From: an uncultured bacterium
Lineage (GTDB): Bacteria > Omnitrophota > Omnitrophia > Omnitrophales > Aquincolibacteriaceae
NCBI GenBank assembly: GCA_964434115.1
Contig: CAYSSX010000002.1
Location: forward strand, 329,680 to 393,679
Length of the DNA stretch: 64,000 bases
Reading direction: 5' to 3'
Positions 48,893 to 58,824 of the stretch are shown one piece after another. Numbering within the stretch: the first letter of the stretch is position 1; the number at the start of each line of letters is the position of its first letter. The notes beneath the pieces were generated by a model. It was not told the origin of the DNA and ran no database searches. It saw nothing but the letters and a program-made list of their open reading frames with translations. Both the position numbers and the translations under genes were made by a program.

Positions 48893-51800
48893 ATGACCCG
48901 TAAAATTCTCCTCACCGGGCCTGCTGGCTCGGGAAAAACTCACACCCTCCTTCAAGACTTTGAAAAAACTCTGCGCGAATCCAAGGATCCGCTCGCGGAA
49001 GATTTCTTCTTTGTTCTTCCTTCTGCGGAACATACGGAGCGCATTACCACACTCATTCTCCAGCGCCAATTCAACGGATTTTTTCACCGCCGTGTCACCA
49101 CCTTGTCGCGTCTTATTACGATGCTCTTTGGTGTGGGAGAAGAAGGGACGGCCACGAATGTTACGCGCTTCCTTCTGCTCAGAGATCTTCTTGCCGCAGA
49201 ACCGCAGGGTTACTTTGAAGAAGTTCAGGAAACTCCCGGGTTTCTTAATTTGCTTTTGGGATTTGTCAGCGAGATCAAAGAGTCTTTGATCTCGCCTGAA
49301 CTTTTCCGTGAACGCATGAATGCCTTGAAGCGGCTTGAGCCGGACCTTTCTGTGAAGTATGAAAAGCTGGCCGCTCTTTATGAACAGTATGAAAAGGCCC
49401 TGGCGGACAAGGGGCTTCGCGACCGCCAGGACGCCCTTAAAATTTACCGGGAGCGGAGGAAAAGCCCGCCGGTTCCGGTCCGGAAAATTAAAAAAATATG
49501 GATCGACGGTTTTTTTGATTTTTCAGAACTGCAGGCAGCTTATCTTGAAGAGCTTTGCGAGATGGCGGAGGAGGTTGTGATCACTTTGACGGTGGATCCG
49601 GATCCTGCGAGGCAGGAACTTTTTGAAATGGTTCACCGTACCGAAGCACTGCTCACGGCCAAAGGTTTTGTGAAACAGGAGCTTGGGCGCAGGGAAGAGG
49701 GGAATCTGCCAGCGGTCTTGGCCGGGGTCGAGAAGCATTTGTTTTCCACGCAAAAGCCCCAGCCTTTGCTGAAGCCTTCACGGGAGTTGACGGTTTTTGA
49801 AGCCATCGGGGTGGAAGGCGAAGTTGAAATGATCGCCCGGACGATTGAGCATTTGCAAAGGCAGGGAAGTTTCCGTTTCAGCGATTTTGCCATCCTGCTT
49901 AGGAACATCGGGGAATACGAAACCGTGATTCGATCCATCTTCGGGCGTTATGGCATTCCGGTAGAGATCCATGAACGGGAAAGGCTTTCGTTTGCGCCCA
50001 TGGTGCCGGTGATTTGTTCTCTTCTGAGAATTTTTCGCGACGGCTGGAAACTTTCCGATTTGATGGCTTTTCTCAAGTCCGGTTATGTCCGCTCCCTAGG
50101 AAAGCAGTCTAAGGATTATGAATGGGTTTCCCGCCTTGAGCACGAAGCGTTGCGCCGGAAAGTGCTGGAGGGGCGTGATGCCTGGCTTTCCGGATGGGAC
50201 TGCGGAGAACCCTTTGAAGCCGAACGGATCAAAAAGCTGAAAGTTTTGGCGGAGGTTGAAGACCGCCTTCGTTCAGCCCTTTCCTCGGCGGCGCAAAAAG
50301 CCGCTCTTCGCCAGGCGGTGGAAGAGGTTTTTGGGATCTTCCAAGTCAGCGATTCCAGCGAAGAACATGTCCGCCGCGATGCCGCCAGCCACCGCCGTTT
50401 TCTTTCCCTGCTGGATGAAGTTGAAATTTCCGCCAAACGTGAGGCCTTAGATCTCAATGCCTTTGCCGACCGTTTTTTCCGGCTGGTCGAACTCGATTTG
50501 TATTCCCTTCACGACCATGACCGCAACCGGGTGCAGGTCTATAATGTTTCGCTGGCCCGGCAAAAAGAATACGAAGTGGTTTTTATTGCGGGTCTTCTGG
50601 AAAAGAAGTTCCCGGTCCAGATCAAGGAAGACCCCCTGTTGTCCGACTGGGAAAGAAAACTCTTTAATGGACTCGGGCCGGGCAGTCATCTCAAAGAGCG
50701 TCTTTCGAGCCAATCGCTCGAACGGTATTTATTTTATATCGCGGTCACGCGCGCGCGGCACAAACTCATTCTGAGTTACCCGCGTCTGGACCTTGAAGGA
50801 AAAGAGTCGCTGCCTTCTTTTTATGTGGAGGAAATCCGCGTCCTTTTTGAAGGAAAACTTCCGGATAGGAAGCAGAAGCTGGCCCGCCCGTTTCCGGATC
50901 TTGGAGATGCCGTGAATCTCCGCGAGCTTGAAACTTCTGTGATTGGAAACCTTTGGGAGCCTCTCAGAAAAGGGGAGTCCGCGGACCCTCTCCTGCTTGA
51001 AGCTTCTGCGCGGCTGCTGGAAAACGAATCTTCGCGGGGGCGGCTTACACGCGCTTTTTTTGAGGTTCGCAACGAGTTAACGGATCCTGCGATTTTGGCG
51101 TTGAAGGTGTTTCGAGCGGAAGAAACCAGTTCAACCTCGCTGGAAGAGTATGCCAAATGCGCTTTTAAATATTATGCCCACCGCGTCCTCAAACTTGATG
51201 ATCCGGAAGAAGAAAAAAACGTCATGATCCGGGGCATTGTCCTTCACGAGGCGCTTGAGTTTGCTTTTCGAAACTGGGTGGAAAGGCCTGCGGTTTTAAA
51301 AGATCCTGCACGTGCGTCAGCCGAGGCCCTGCACTACCTGGAGCAGGCGTTGAAGCGCCACCCCATTCTTTCTTCCCGGCGCTATCAGTATGCCCTTGAA
51401 ATTGAGGACCTGCGCGGAACACTGGTGAAGTTTTTAGAGAATGAATTGGAACGTCTCCGCGAGTCTCCCCTCAAACCCGCTTTTTTTGAGCTCGGGTTTG
51501 GAACTCAGGGAGCGGAGTATCCGCCGCTTGTGATTGAGAACGGGGATCAGAAAGTTCAGATTCGCGGAAAAATCGACCGCATTGATCTGGATGAGGCCCG
51601 CAAGGCAGGGCTTGTCCTTGATTACAAAAGAAGCATTTCCTTCAGCAGGGATGCCCTTGAGATGGGAACCGCTCTTCAGCTGCCAGTTTACGCGATGGTT
51701 CTTGAAAGGCTGCTCGGGATCCCGCTGGCCGGGGCCGAGCTTTACTCTTTAAGAGACCGCGAGAAAAAGGGGTTTTACCGGGAGGAACAGCGCTCCTTTC

Positions 51801-52099
51801 TGCCGGATTTGTCCTCACGGAGCCGTATGGTTCTGGATGATAATTCCTATCAAGCCCTGATTGTGCGCGTAGAAGCCTTTATCCGGAAATTCACAAAAGA
51901 TAGAACCGATATGAAGATCCCGGTTCGCCCCCGGGAGTGTCAGGATTTTTGTCCTTACACTACTGTCTGCCGGATTGAAAAATGGAAACTTAAAAGCATG
52001 CTTGAAGAAATCCGCGCCGAAGATGCGCGGGACATGCCGCCTCTGATCCCTGCGGGACAGGACAAATCTCTTGCCGGAGAAAGCGGGGGTGAAGCATGA
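48893..52099 (+). CDS. addB: ATP-dependent helicase/nuclease subunit B (AddB-type, inactivated helicase plus Fe-S PD-(D/E)xK nuclease)
   Basis: 1068 aa. N-terminal Walker A LTGPAGSGKTHTL. C-terminal nuclease domain with the cysteine cluster C...CQDFCPYTTVC typical of the AddB Fe-S staple. Confidence 0.8.
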   Translation: MTRKILLTGPAGSGKTHTLLQDFEKTLRESKDPLAEDFFFVLPSAEHTERITTLILQRQFNGFFHRRVTTLSRLITMLFGVGEEGTATNVTRFLLLRDLLAAEPQGYFEEVQETPGFLNLLLGFVSEIKESLISPELFRERMNALKRLEPDLSVKYEKLAALYEQYEKALADKGLRDRQDALKIYRERRKSPPVPVRKIKKIWIDGFFDFSELQAAYLEELCEMAEEVVITLTVDPDPARQELFEMVHRTEALLTAKGFVKQELGRREEGNLPAVLAGVEKHLFSTQKPQPLLKPSRELTVFEAIGVEGEVEMIARTIEHLQRQGSFRFSDFAILLRNIGEYETVIRSIFGRYGIPVEIHERERLSFAPMVPVICSLLRIFRDGWKLSDLMAFLKSGYVRSLGKQSKDYEWVSRLEHEALRRKVLEGRDAWLSGWDCGEPFEAERIKKLKVLAEVEDRLRSALSSAAQKAALRQAVEEVFGIFQVSDSSEEHVRRDAASHRRFLSLLDEVEISAKREALDLNAFADRFFRLVELDLYSLHDHDRNRVQVYNVSLARQKEYEVVFIAGLLEKKFPVQIKEDPLLSDWERKLFNGLGPGSHLKERLSSQSLERYLFYIAVTRARHKLILSYPRLDLEGKESLPSFYVEEIRVLFEGKLPDRKQKLARPFPDLGDAVNLRELETSVIGNLWEPLRKGESADPLLLEASARLLENESSRGRLTRAFFEVRNELTDPAILALKVFRAEETSSTSLEEYAKCAFKYYAHRVLKLDDPEEEKNVMIRGIVLHEALEFAFRNWVERPAVLKDPARASAEALHYLEQALKRHPILSSRRYQYALEIEDLRGTLVKFLENELERLRESPLKPAFFELGFGTQGAEYPPLVIENGDQKVQIRGKIDRIDLDEARKAGLVLDYKRSISFSRDALEMGTALQLPVYAMVLERLLGIPLAGAELYSLRDREKKGFYREEQRSFLPDLSSRSRMVLDDNSYQALIVRVEAFIRKFTKDRTDMKIPVRPRECQDFCPYTTVCRIEKWKLKSMLEEIRAEDARDMPPLIPAGQDKSLAGESGGEA

Positions 52100-55000
52100 G
52101 TAAACCCGTGATTGATCTGCGCCCGCTTCAGGAAGCCGCCGTAAAAGCCAAGGGAAAAAATATTCTCGTGTCTGCCGGCGCTGGAACCGGAAAGACCCGC
52201 GTACTGGTCGAACGCTTTTTACACATTGTGTCTTCCGTGGAAGCGCAGGCCACGGAAATTCTGGCACTGACCTTTACCGAAAAGGCCGCGAATGAAATGA
52301 AATCCCGCATTCTGGAACGCTGTTCCGCGTTGGGGCTTGAGAGCGCCCGCCGGAGTTTGGAATCGGCGTATATTTCGACGCTGCATGCTTTTGCCGCCCG
52401 TGTTCTCAGGGAGCATCCGGTAGAAGCCGGGGTAGACCCTGATTTCCGAGTGCTCGAATCCGATGAGGCTGTTTTTCTCAAGGAGCAGGTTTTTGAAGCG
52501 GTTTTTGAAGAACACTGTGCAAAAGGGACCGAGCTTTTTGAGCTTCTCCGTCTTTATGGAGAGCACAGGATCCGCGGCGGTATTCTGCGTGTTCATGAAG
52601 CGGCCCGTCAGGCAGGACAATCCCTCGAAGAGTTTTTCGCGGCTATTCCCGTTCGGGAAGAGGAGAAGGAAATTGCCGCGATCAGCGGCCTTGTTCTCGG
52701 GCATTTGAGCGCCCTTGGAGAAATGGAAACAGCGGAAGGCTGGAAGAGGTTTGTTTCGGTTCAGGCATGGGACTGGGAAAAAGCGGGAGAGTTTAAAATC
52801 TGGCGTCAGGGCTTTTCAAGAAAACGCGGGAAAAAAGGGGAAACCCATTGGCCGGAAATCAAACGCCTTTCGGATGTTTTTTTTGGCATTAAAATCGAAG
52901 GGTTGTCCCGCCCCTGGCGTCTTCGTTTTGAATCTTTGGCCTGCCTTTTTGAAAAGGCGTATGAGGCGCGTAAAAAGGAAAGAGGCTTCCTTGATTTTGA
53001 TGACCTTGAAATCCGCGCGGTCCGGTTATTTAAAAAAGAAACCCCCGTTCACCGGAAGCTGCGGGAACGGTACCGTCAGAAATTCCGCCATATTCTGGTG
53101 GATGAGTTTCAGGACACCAACCCCCTTCAGCTGGAGTTGATTCACCTGCTGGCCTCCGAAGACAACCTCTTTTTTGTCGGGGATTACAAACAGTCGATTT
53201 ATGCGTTCCGTGGAGCGGAGCCCGCCTTGTTTCTTGACCGGGAGCTTTCGCACCGTAAAGAGGATGGCCCGGGGGTATTCATTCCGCTTTATGAGAATTT
53301 CAGGACCGCGGCGCCAGTGATGCATTTTATCAACCGGTTTTTCGAAACGCTTTGGAAAGAAGACGGGTTTTCATTTGAACCGCTTTTGCCGCAAGTCCCA
53401 GAGACTGAAACCGCGGGGGTGGAGTTATGGGTGGTTCGCCCCGAAGCAAAAGAATCGCTGGACGCCGCCCGCATGAGGGAAGCCGATCTCATCGCGGAAC
53501 GTATGCTGAGCCTTCATGAGGAAGGTGTGGAATTCGGAGCCATGGCGGTTCTTTTTCAGGCCATGACGAATGTGGCTCTCTATGAACAGGCCCTGAAGAA
53601 AAGGGGCATTCCATCCTACGTGATGTCCGGGGGAGGTTTTTATCATCAGCCCGAAATCCGGGACATTATCAGTTTCCTCGGGTTTCTTGAAAATCCTCTT
53701 GCGGATATTCCTCTTGCGGCGTCCCTGCGCTCTCCGCTTTTTCAGCTGACTGACAACTCGTTGTTTTGGATTTCTCACTTTGCGAAAACGGGCGACAAGG
53801 AAGGTTCCTCTTCAACCCCCTTGTTCCGCGGCCTTGACCCTGCCCTCCAGTCCTCGGAAATTGAAGATTCGGAAAAAGTAAAAATAGAATATTTCAAAAC
53901 CGTCACGGAGGAACTTTTAAAAATTAAGGACCGCCTCAAACTTACGGAGCTTCTGGATAGGATTTTGTCGCGGACTTCCTATGAACTCACGCTTCTGGCG
54001 GATCCTCAGGGCGTGCGCCGGTATGCCAACCTCAAAAAGCTGATGAATCTCGCCCGGCAGTTCGAGGCCTTTGAGCCGCTGCCGCTAGGCGCTTTTCTCC
54101 AAGCCGTCAAGCGAATGGAAAGTCAGCAGGTCCGTGAATCCGAAGCCCAGATTGAGGCTGAACAGACAGGGGATGCGGTCCGTCTTTTGACCGTTCACCG
54201 GGCCAAAGGCCTTGAATTTGAAGTTGTTTTCGCGGCGGATCTTGGCCGCGAAAGACAGTCGCCGGATTCAAAAACCGTTTTGGCGGAAGCGGGAAAGGGC
54301 TATGGGCTTCAGGCGCGGAATGAAATCACAGAGGATTGGGAAAACCCCGCGGCTTGGCTTGAAATCGAAGAACGGCTCGACAAAAAAGACAAAGAAGAAT
54401 GGAAACGGCTTCTTTATGTTGCCATGACCCGGGCGAAAAATAGGCTTATTCTCAGCGGCGTGTACAAGGAAAGAAAAAAGGAAAAAGAACAATTCTCAGA
54501 AATGGGCTCCTGGATGGAGTGGCTGATGCATTCGGACCTTGAAGGTGTTCAGGTGTGGGACGGGGTGAAAGCGCAGCCTGCGAAAAAGAACCGTTCTTTG
54601 GCTGAGAAAGCAGACTTGAAAAAACTGCTGGGAGATTTTTCCCCGGAGAAAATAAGAAGTTTAATTCCGCAAAGCCTCCGGAAAGAAGCCTGTAAAAATG
54701 CGGAGGATCTTTTCAAGGGGCTTGAGCCGCTTCCTCCTTCACCTTCCAGGATCATTCATCTGCCTGTTTCCGCTTACGCGGCTTTTGCCAAGAGTCCGCA
54801 GGATTACTGGCGGGCCTATGAAATCGGGATTTCGGATGAAGCCTTTGAAAAAAAGTCGGAGGCTTCCGCGGGAAACGCGGAGGAAGAAGACCTCCCCAGT
54901 CCGGCGGATTTTGGAACCGCGATGCACAGGGCCCTTGAGCTTCTGGATTTCCGGCGGGCGGATGAGGAATCTCTTTTGAGAGTTTTACGTGAAGCTTTTC

Positions 55001-55446
55001 GCGCCCTTCCGGTCGCTTCCCAGGAAGAGGCAGGAAAAATTTTAACGGAATTCAGCAAGAGCCCGCTTTTTGAACGCCTGTCGCAGGCCCGGAAGGTTTA
55101 CAGGGAAATTCCGTTTATTTTGAATGAACGCCATGGGTTGATTCACGGTGTGATTGACGTTCTGTTTCAAGACAGAGACAATCGCTGGCATGTGCTGGAT
55201 TATAAGACCGCGGAGGGCTCCCCGGAGAAACTTCAGGCCTCGGGCTATGAGATGCAGATTGCCCTTTATGCCTATGCCGTGAAACAGATTTTGGGGGTTG
55301 AACCGGCTTCCGGAATCTTGTATTTTTTAAGAAACAGCTGGGAGCACAAGACGATCTGGAAGCCTGCCGATTTTGGCCCCCTGCAGGTCAAAATCCGGCA
55401 GGAGCAGGAGAAAATCCTGGCTTTAGGGCGGGAAATTTTAAAGTGA
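52096..55446 (+). CDS. addA: ATP-dependent helicase/nuclease subunit A (UvrD-type helicase plus C-terminal PD-(D/E)xK nuclease)
   Basis: 1116 aa. Helicase motif I SAGAGTGKT, motif II DEFQDTN, motif VI VAMTRAKNRL. C-terminal RecB-family nuclease GVIDVLFQD...VLDYKT. Confidence 0.85.
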   Translation: MSKPVIDLRPLQEAAVKAKGKNILVSAGAGTGKTRVLVERFLHIVSSVEAQATEILALTFTEKAANEMKSRILERCSALGLESARRSLESAYISTLHAFAARVLREHPVEAGVDPDFRVLESDEAVFLKEQVFEAVFEEHCAKGTELFELLRLYGEHRIRGGILRVHEAARQAGQSLEEFFAAIPVREEEKEIAAISGLVLGHLSALGEMETAEGWKRFVSVQAWDWEKAGEFKIWRQGFSRKRGKKGETHWPEIKRLSDVFFGIKIEGLSRPWRLRFESLACLFEKAYEARKKERGFLDFDDLEIRAVRLFKKETPVHRKLRERYRQKFRHILVDEFQDTNPLQLELIHLLASEDNLFFVGDYKQSIYAFRGAEPALFLDRELSHRKEDGPGVFIPLYENFRTAAPVMHFINRFFETLWKEDGFSFEPLLPQVPETETAGVELWVVRPEAKESLDAARMREADLIAERMLSLHEEGVEFGAMAVLFQAMTNVALYEQALKKRGIPSYVMSGGGFYHQPEIRDIISFLGFLENPLADIPLAASLRSPLFQLTDNSLFWISHFAKTGDKEGSSSTPLFRGLDPALQSSEIEDSEKVKIEYFKTVTEELLKIKDRLKLTELLDRILSRTSYELTLLADPQGVRRYANLKKLMNLARQFEAFEPLPLGAFLQAVKRMESQQVRESEAQIEAEQTGDAVRLLTVHRAKGLEFEVVFAADLGRERQSPDSKTVLAEAGKGYGLQARNEITEDWENPAAWLEIEERLDKKDKEEWKRLLYVAMTRAKNRLILSGVYKERKKEKEQFSEMGSWMEWLMHSDLEGVQVWDGVKAQPAKKNRSLAEKADLKKLLGDFSPEKIRSLIPQSLRKEACKNAEDLFKGLEPLPPSPSRIIHLPVSAYAAFAKSPQDYWRAYEIGISDEAFEKKSEASAGNAEEEDLPSPADFGTAMHRALELLDFRRADEESLLRVLREAFRALPVASQEEAGKILTEFSKSPLFERLSQARKVYREIPFILNERHGLIHGVIDVLFQDRDNRWHVLDYKTAEGSPEKLQASGYEMQIALYAYAVKQILGVEPASGILYFLRNSWEHKTIWKPADFGPLQVKIRQEQEKILALGREILK

Positions 55447-55503
55447 CAGTCCCCGGTAAACGTGGTAAAAATCTAGCGTGATTTACTCTCTGGAGATACA
55501 GGC

Positions 55504-55872
55504 ATGAACAAGGCTAAAAAAATTCTGGTGGTTGATGATGAAGACGATGTCCGGCTCTTCCTTCAGGATTTTTTGAGTGAGCGCGATCTGCAGGTGATGT
55601 CTGCCTCCACGGGCGAGGAAGCCCTCGAAATTGTGGACCGGGAGAAACCCGATATTATTCTTCTCGATTTGATGATGCCGGGAATGGACGGGATTGAATG
55701 TCTTGAACGGATCAAAAAGAAAAACCCCGCGAGCAACGTCATTATGATCACCGCTTTAAATGATGATGTCCGGGTCGCGAAAGCCAGGAAGCTTGGCGCG
55801 CACAATTATATTTTAAAACCCTTCAGCCTGGGTTACCTCGAAACTGAATTGATGAAACTCATCGGTGATTAG
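55504..55872 (+). CDS. Single-domain response regulator (CheY-like)
   Basis: 122 aa. ILVVDDEDD, LLDLMMPGMDG, and KPF. Confidence 0.8.
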   Translation: MNKAKKILVVDDEDDVRLFLQDFLSERDLQVMSASTGEEALEIVDREKPDIILLDLMMPGMDGIECLERIKKKNPASNVIMITALNDDVRVAKARKLGAHNYILKPFSLGYLETELMKLIGD

Positions 55873-55937
55873 CACCGGTCTCCGGCGTACCCTCCACGGC
55901 GTTATTTTGTGACCTTCTCCGAAAAAGGAATGCTCGC

Positions 55938-56588
55938 TTGAAAAAACTCATTGCCTACGACCTGGATGGAACCCTGGTCGACACAAGGGAGGATATTGTC
56001 CGCGCCGCTAACTATATGCTTTCGGTGATGGGCAGGGAGCCTCTGGAAGCCGGTAAAATTCATAGTTATGTGGGGCACGGGCTGCACGACCTTATCAAGA
56101 GCTGCCTTGCGAGTTCAGATGAAAAAGAGATTGAGAAGGGGGCCAAGGTTTACCGCCGCTATTATGGCGAGCACATGATGGATAACACGTGTCTTTACCC
56201 GGGGTCGCTCAAGGTTCTTGAACATTTCAAAGGCCGCCGGCAAATGGTCATTACCAATAAACCCAGCCCGTTCTCAGAGGAAATGCTGGAGAAGCTCGGC
56301 GTCGCTTCGTATTTGTCTGTCATTCTTACGGGGAGCAGCCATCATCCGCCCAAGCCTGACCCCACGGCATTTCTCCAAGCCCTTTCTTCTCAGGGCGTTC
56401 AGCCGGAAGAGGCGCTGCTTGTGGGAGACAGCGAGGTGGACTTGGAAACGGGCCGCCGCGCGGGCGTCGACACAGCTTTGATCGCGCATGGATTTGTCAG
56501 GCGGGATAAGCTAGAATCCCACCGTCCTGAATGGCTCGTGGATACATTCGAAGATTTTCTAAGTCTAGCAAAAGCGAAGGCCTGGTAA
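55938..56588 (+). CDS. HAD-superfamily phosphatase (phosphoglycolate phosphatase-like)
   Basis: 216 aa. Motif I YDLDGTLVDT. Motif II ITNK. Motif IV GDSEVD. Confidence 0.7.
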   Translation: MKKLIAYDLDGTLVDTREDIVRAANYMLSVMGREPLEAGKIHSYVGHGLHDLIKSCLASSDEKEIEKGAKVYRRYYGEHMMDNTCLYPGSLKVLEHFKGRRQMVITNKPSPFSEEMLEKLGVASYLSVILTGSSHHPPKPDPTAFLQALSSQGVQPEEALLVGDSEVDLETGRRAGVDTALIAHGFVRRDKLESHRPEWLVDTFEDFLSLAKAKAW

Positions 56589-56601
56589 CGAAAGGAAATC
56601 T

Positions 56602-57423
56602 ATGGAGATTTTGTCCGGAAAAACAATTCAAACTCAAGAATCTCCGGGGGCGGGGCGAAGCGCTTTGATTCAGGAGCGTGACCTGGTTCTTTTGTGGTTT
56701 GAAAAAGTCAGCTATCTTGTGGAAGTCAACGCCGGAAAAAAAATCAGTATTCACTGCGGCAAACCCTTGTCGGTGGACGACTGGATCGGCAAAGAGTTCG
56801 GTCTTAAAGTCGTTTGCGATCATGGTGAAGGGTATCTTTTAAAACCCACCGTGGAAGATTTGATGATGAAGGCTTCGCGCGAGAGCGGGATTATTTACCC
56901 GAAAGATGCCGCATTTTTAATGATGAAAGCGGGCATTGGCCCCGGCTCCAAAGTGCTTGAAATTGGTACCGGATCCGGTTCTTTAACCATGGCCCTCGCC
57001 AGTGCCGTGAGGCCGCATGGCTGTGTCTGGAGTTATGACCGCAGGCTGGACTTACCTCAAAATGCGCATAAAAATATTACGCGGGCCGGCCTTGGCCAGT
57101 ACGTGGTTTTTGGGCAGAGAAATTCTATGGAACCTATTCCTGAGCAAGGGTTTGACGCCGTGATTCTGGACATCCCAACGCCTTGGGAAGAAGTCACTGT
57201 CGTCAAACAGGCGCTCAAGGGATGTGGACGGCTTGTGAGCCTTAATCCAACGTTTAATCAGATCGAAAGAATGGCCGAGGCGCTCCGCAGGGAGGGGTTT
57301 ATCCTTGTTGAAAGTCTGGAGCTTTTGGAACGCGAGATTCTGGCCCGGGAAGGGAAAACAAGGCCGGTTCAAAGGATGGTTTCTCACACGGAATTCCTGC
57401 TGTTTGGTGTTAAGCCGGCTTGA
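56602..57423 (+). CDS. trmI: tRNA (adenine-N1)-methyltransferase TrmI/Gcd14 family
   Basis: 273 aa. Small N-terminal beta domain, then SAM-binding LEIGTGSGSLTMALA and D...DIP motifs. Confidence 0.7.
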   Translation: MEILSGKTIQTQESPGAGRSALIQERDLVLLWFEKVSYLVEVNAGKKISIHCGKPLSVDDWIGKEFGLKVVCDHGEGYLLKPTVEDLMMKASRESGIIYPKDAAFLMMKAGIGPGSKVLEIGTGSGSLTMALASAVRPHGCVWSYDRRLDLPQNAHKNITRAGLGQYVVFGQRNSMEPIPEQGFDAVILDIPTPWEEVTVVKQALKGCGRLVSLNPTFNQIERMAEALRREGFILVESLELLEREILAREGKTRPVQRMVSHTEFLLFGVKPA

Positions 57424-57567
57424 AAATTCCTTGGTTTTACCGCGTAAAAAGCGTTCCTTTTTGTTGATTTCACCAAGGTGTTTTGATACACTTTCGAGAC
57501 TCCGGGACACAGCGCTTTCATCCCCTAGACATTTCAATCAAGAGCAGTTAAATAAGGAGAAGAAACA

Positions 57568-58065
57568 ATGGCAAGAAGTCTTCTGATGAGCTTTATGGGC
57601 CTTACCTTGGTCATGGTTGCCCTGACTGGTTGCGCCTCCAAGAAAACCACCAATAAACAGATCAACGCCCTTCAGGCGCAGGTCGGCGTTTTAACAGACG
57701 AAGTCATTCGTCTTGATGACTCCTTGCAGACGACCCGCACGGCGCTTCAAGATGAAGAAAACCGCCGTAATGATCTTAACAGCCAGCTCTCCCAGTCCAA
57801 TGCCCGCATCGGCTCTTTGAAAGAAGAAGAGTCTGTGATCAAAGGGATTTACCGGACCCCGTCAGGCTTTGAGCTTCCTTCCGCGAGCATCCAGAAGGCG
57901 CTTAAGAATGCGGGTTATTATCAGGGAGCTGTGGACGGAAAAATCGGTCCGGCAACCCGTAAAGCCGTTGAGGCCTTTCAGCGTGATAATGGCCTCGGCG
58001 CGGATGGTGTTGTGGGACGTAAGACCTGGAATAAGCTGAAAGTTTATTCGGCTTCTACCAAGTAA
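57568..58065 (+). CDS. Lipoprotein with coiled-coil and C-terminal peptidoglycan-binding (PG_binding_1) domain
   Basis: 165 aa. Lipobox LTGC at residues 20-23. Heptad-rich middle. C-terminal GYYQGAVDGKIGPATRKAVEAFQRDNGLGADGVVGRKTW. Confidence 0.65.
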   Translation: MARSLLMSFMGLTLVMVALTGCASKKTTNKQINALQAQVGVLTDEVIRLDDSLQTTRTALQDEENRRNDLNSQLSQSNARIGSLKEEESVIKGIYRTPSGFELPSASIQKALKNAGYYQGAVDGKIGPATRKAVEAFQRDNGLGADGVVGRKTWNKLKVYSASTK

Positions 58066-58088
58066 GAGCAAATTTTAAGCGTTAGAAA

Positions 58089-58120
58089 CCCCTGGGCTTA
58101 TGGCCCGGGGGTTTTTTTTT
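58089..58120 (+). terminator. Rho-independent terminator
   Basis: Stem ccccugggc / gcccggggg (one G-U pair) with loop uuau, followed by a 9-nt U-tract. Confidence 0.6.
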
Positions 58121-58129
58121 CTATTCGAA

Positions 58130-58159
58130 TTGGTATTTTTTGATAGAGGGTGCTATAAT
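58130..58159 (+). promoter_or_regulatory. Candidate sigma70 promoter (TTGGTA - 18 nt - TATAAT) for the MEDS-domain gene
   Basis: Perfect -10 hexamer TATAAT at 58154-58159. A -35-like TTGGTA lies 18 nt upstream. About 50 nt upstream of the 58212 start. Confidence 0.3.
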
Positions 58160-58211
58160 TTTTAGCATTCCATTGCAGTGTGGTGATTGTTAGAAATATC
58201 AGGAGAAATGA

Positions 58212-58763
58212 ATGCGGTCAGCAGATTTTGATGCGCTCTATGGTGTTGAAACGGGCAAGCATCTTTATCAATTTTATAAGAGCTCGGAAGATTATCTGCG
58301 TATTTTGAGCAGCTATTTTTCATCCGGCCTTGAAAAAGGGGATGCGTGCGTGTGGCTTGTCTCCGACGCCATGGGCATTGGCAGCGTTACCGCATATCTT
58401 GAAAAAGTGATTCCTGATGTCAAAGAACATCTTGAAACAAAGCGCCTCCAATTGCTTTCTGCGGAAAACTGGTATCTTGACGGCGGGAAGTTCAATGAAG
58501 AAAAAGCCCTCTACAATGCTGCTCAGCTGGCCGGAACCCTTCGCCAGCTCGGATGTTCACGCCTTCGTGGAGCGGGTGACGCGGCTGCGATTCCTCATGC
58601 GCAATGGCCCGAAGTGCATATCTATGAAGAAAAAATTCAGCACACACTTCGGGACACGCCGTGCATTCTTCTTTGCGCTTATCCGATTCTCGGATGCTCG
58701 ATTGCGGATACCCGCGCTGTTTTAAAAAATCATGACGGCGTTCTTGTCGGCCGTTTGGAATAA
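58212..58763 (+). CDS. MEDS-domain (DcmR-like sensory) protein
   Basis: 183 aa. N-terminal GKHLYQFYKSSEDYLRILSSYFSSGLEKGDACVWLVSD matches the HxxQFY...G...GExC block that defines MEDS domains. Confidence 0.45.
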   Translation: MRSADFDALYGVETGKHLYQFYKSSEDYLRILSSYFSSGLEKGDACVWLVSDAMGIGSVTAYLEKVIPDVKEHLETKRLQLLSAENWYLDGGKFNEEKALYNAAQLAGTLRQLGCSRLRGAGDAAAIPHAQWPEVHIYEEKIQHTLRDTPCILLCAYPILGCSIADTRAVLKNHDGVLVGRLE

Positions 58764-58824
58764 TTATTTTCTTCGCTTTGAGTCAGCTCCTCCTTGCTTT
58801 GCCTCCGCGCTGTCGTTAATATAA

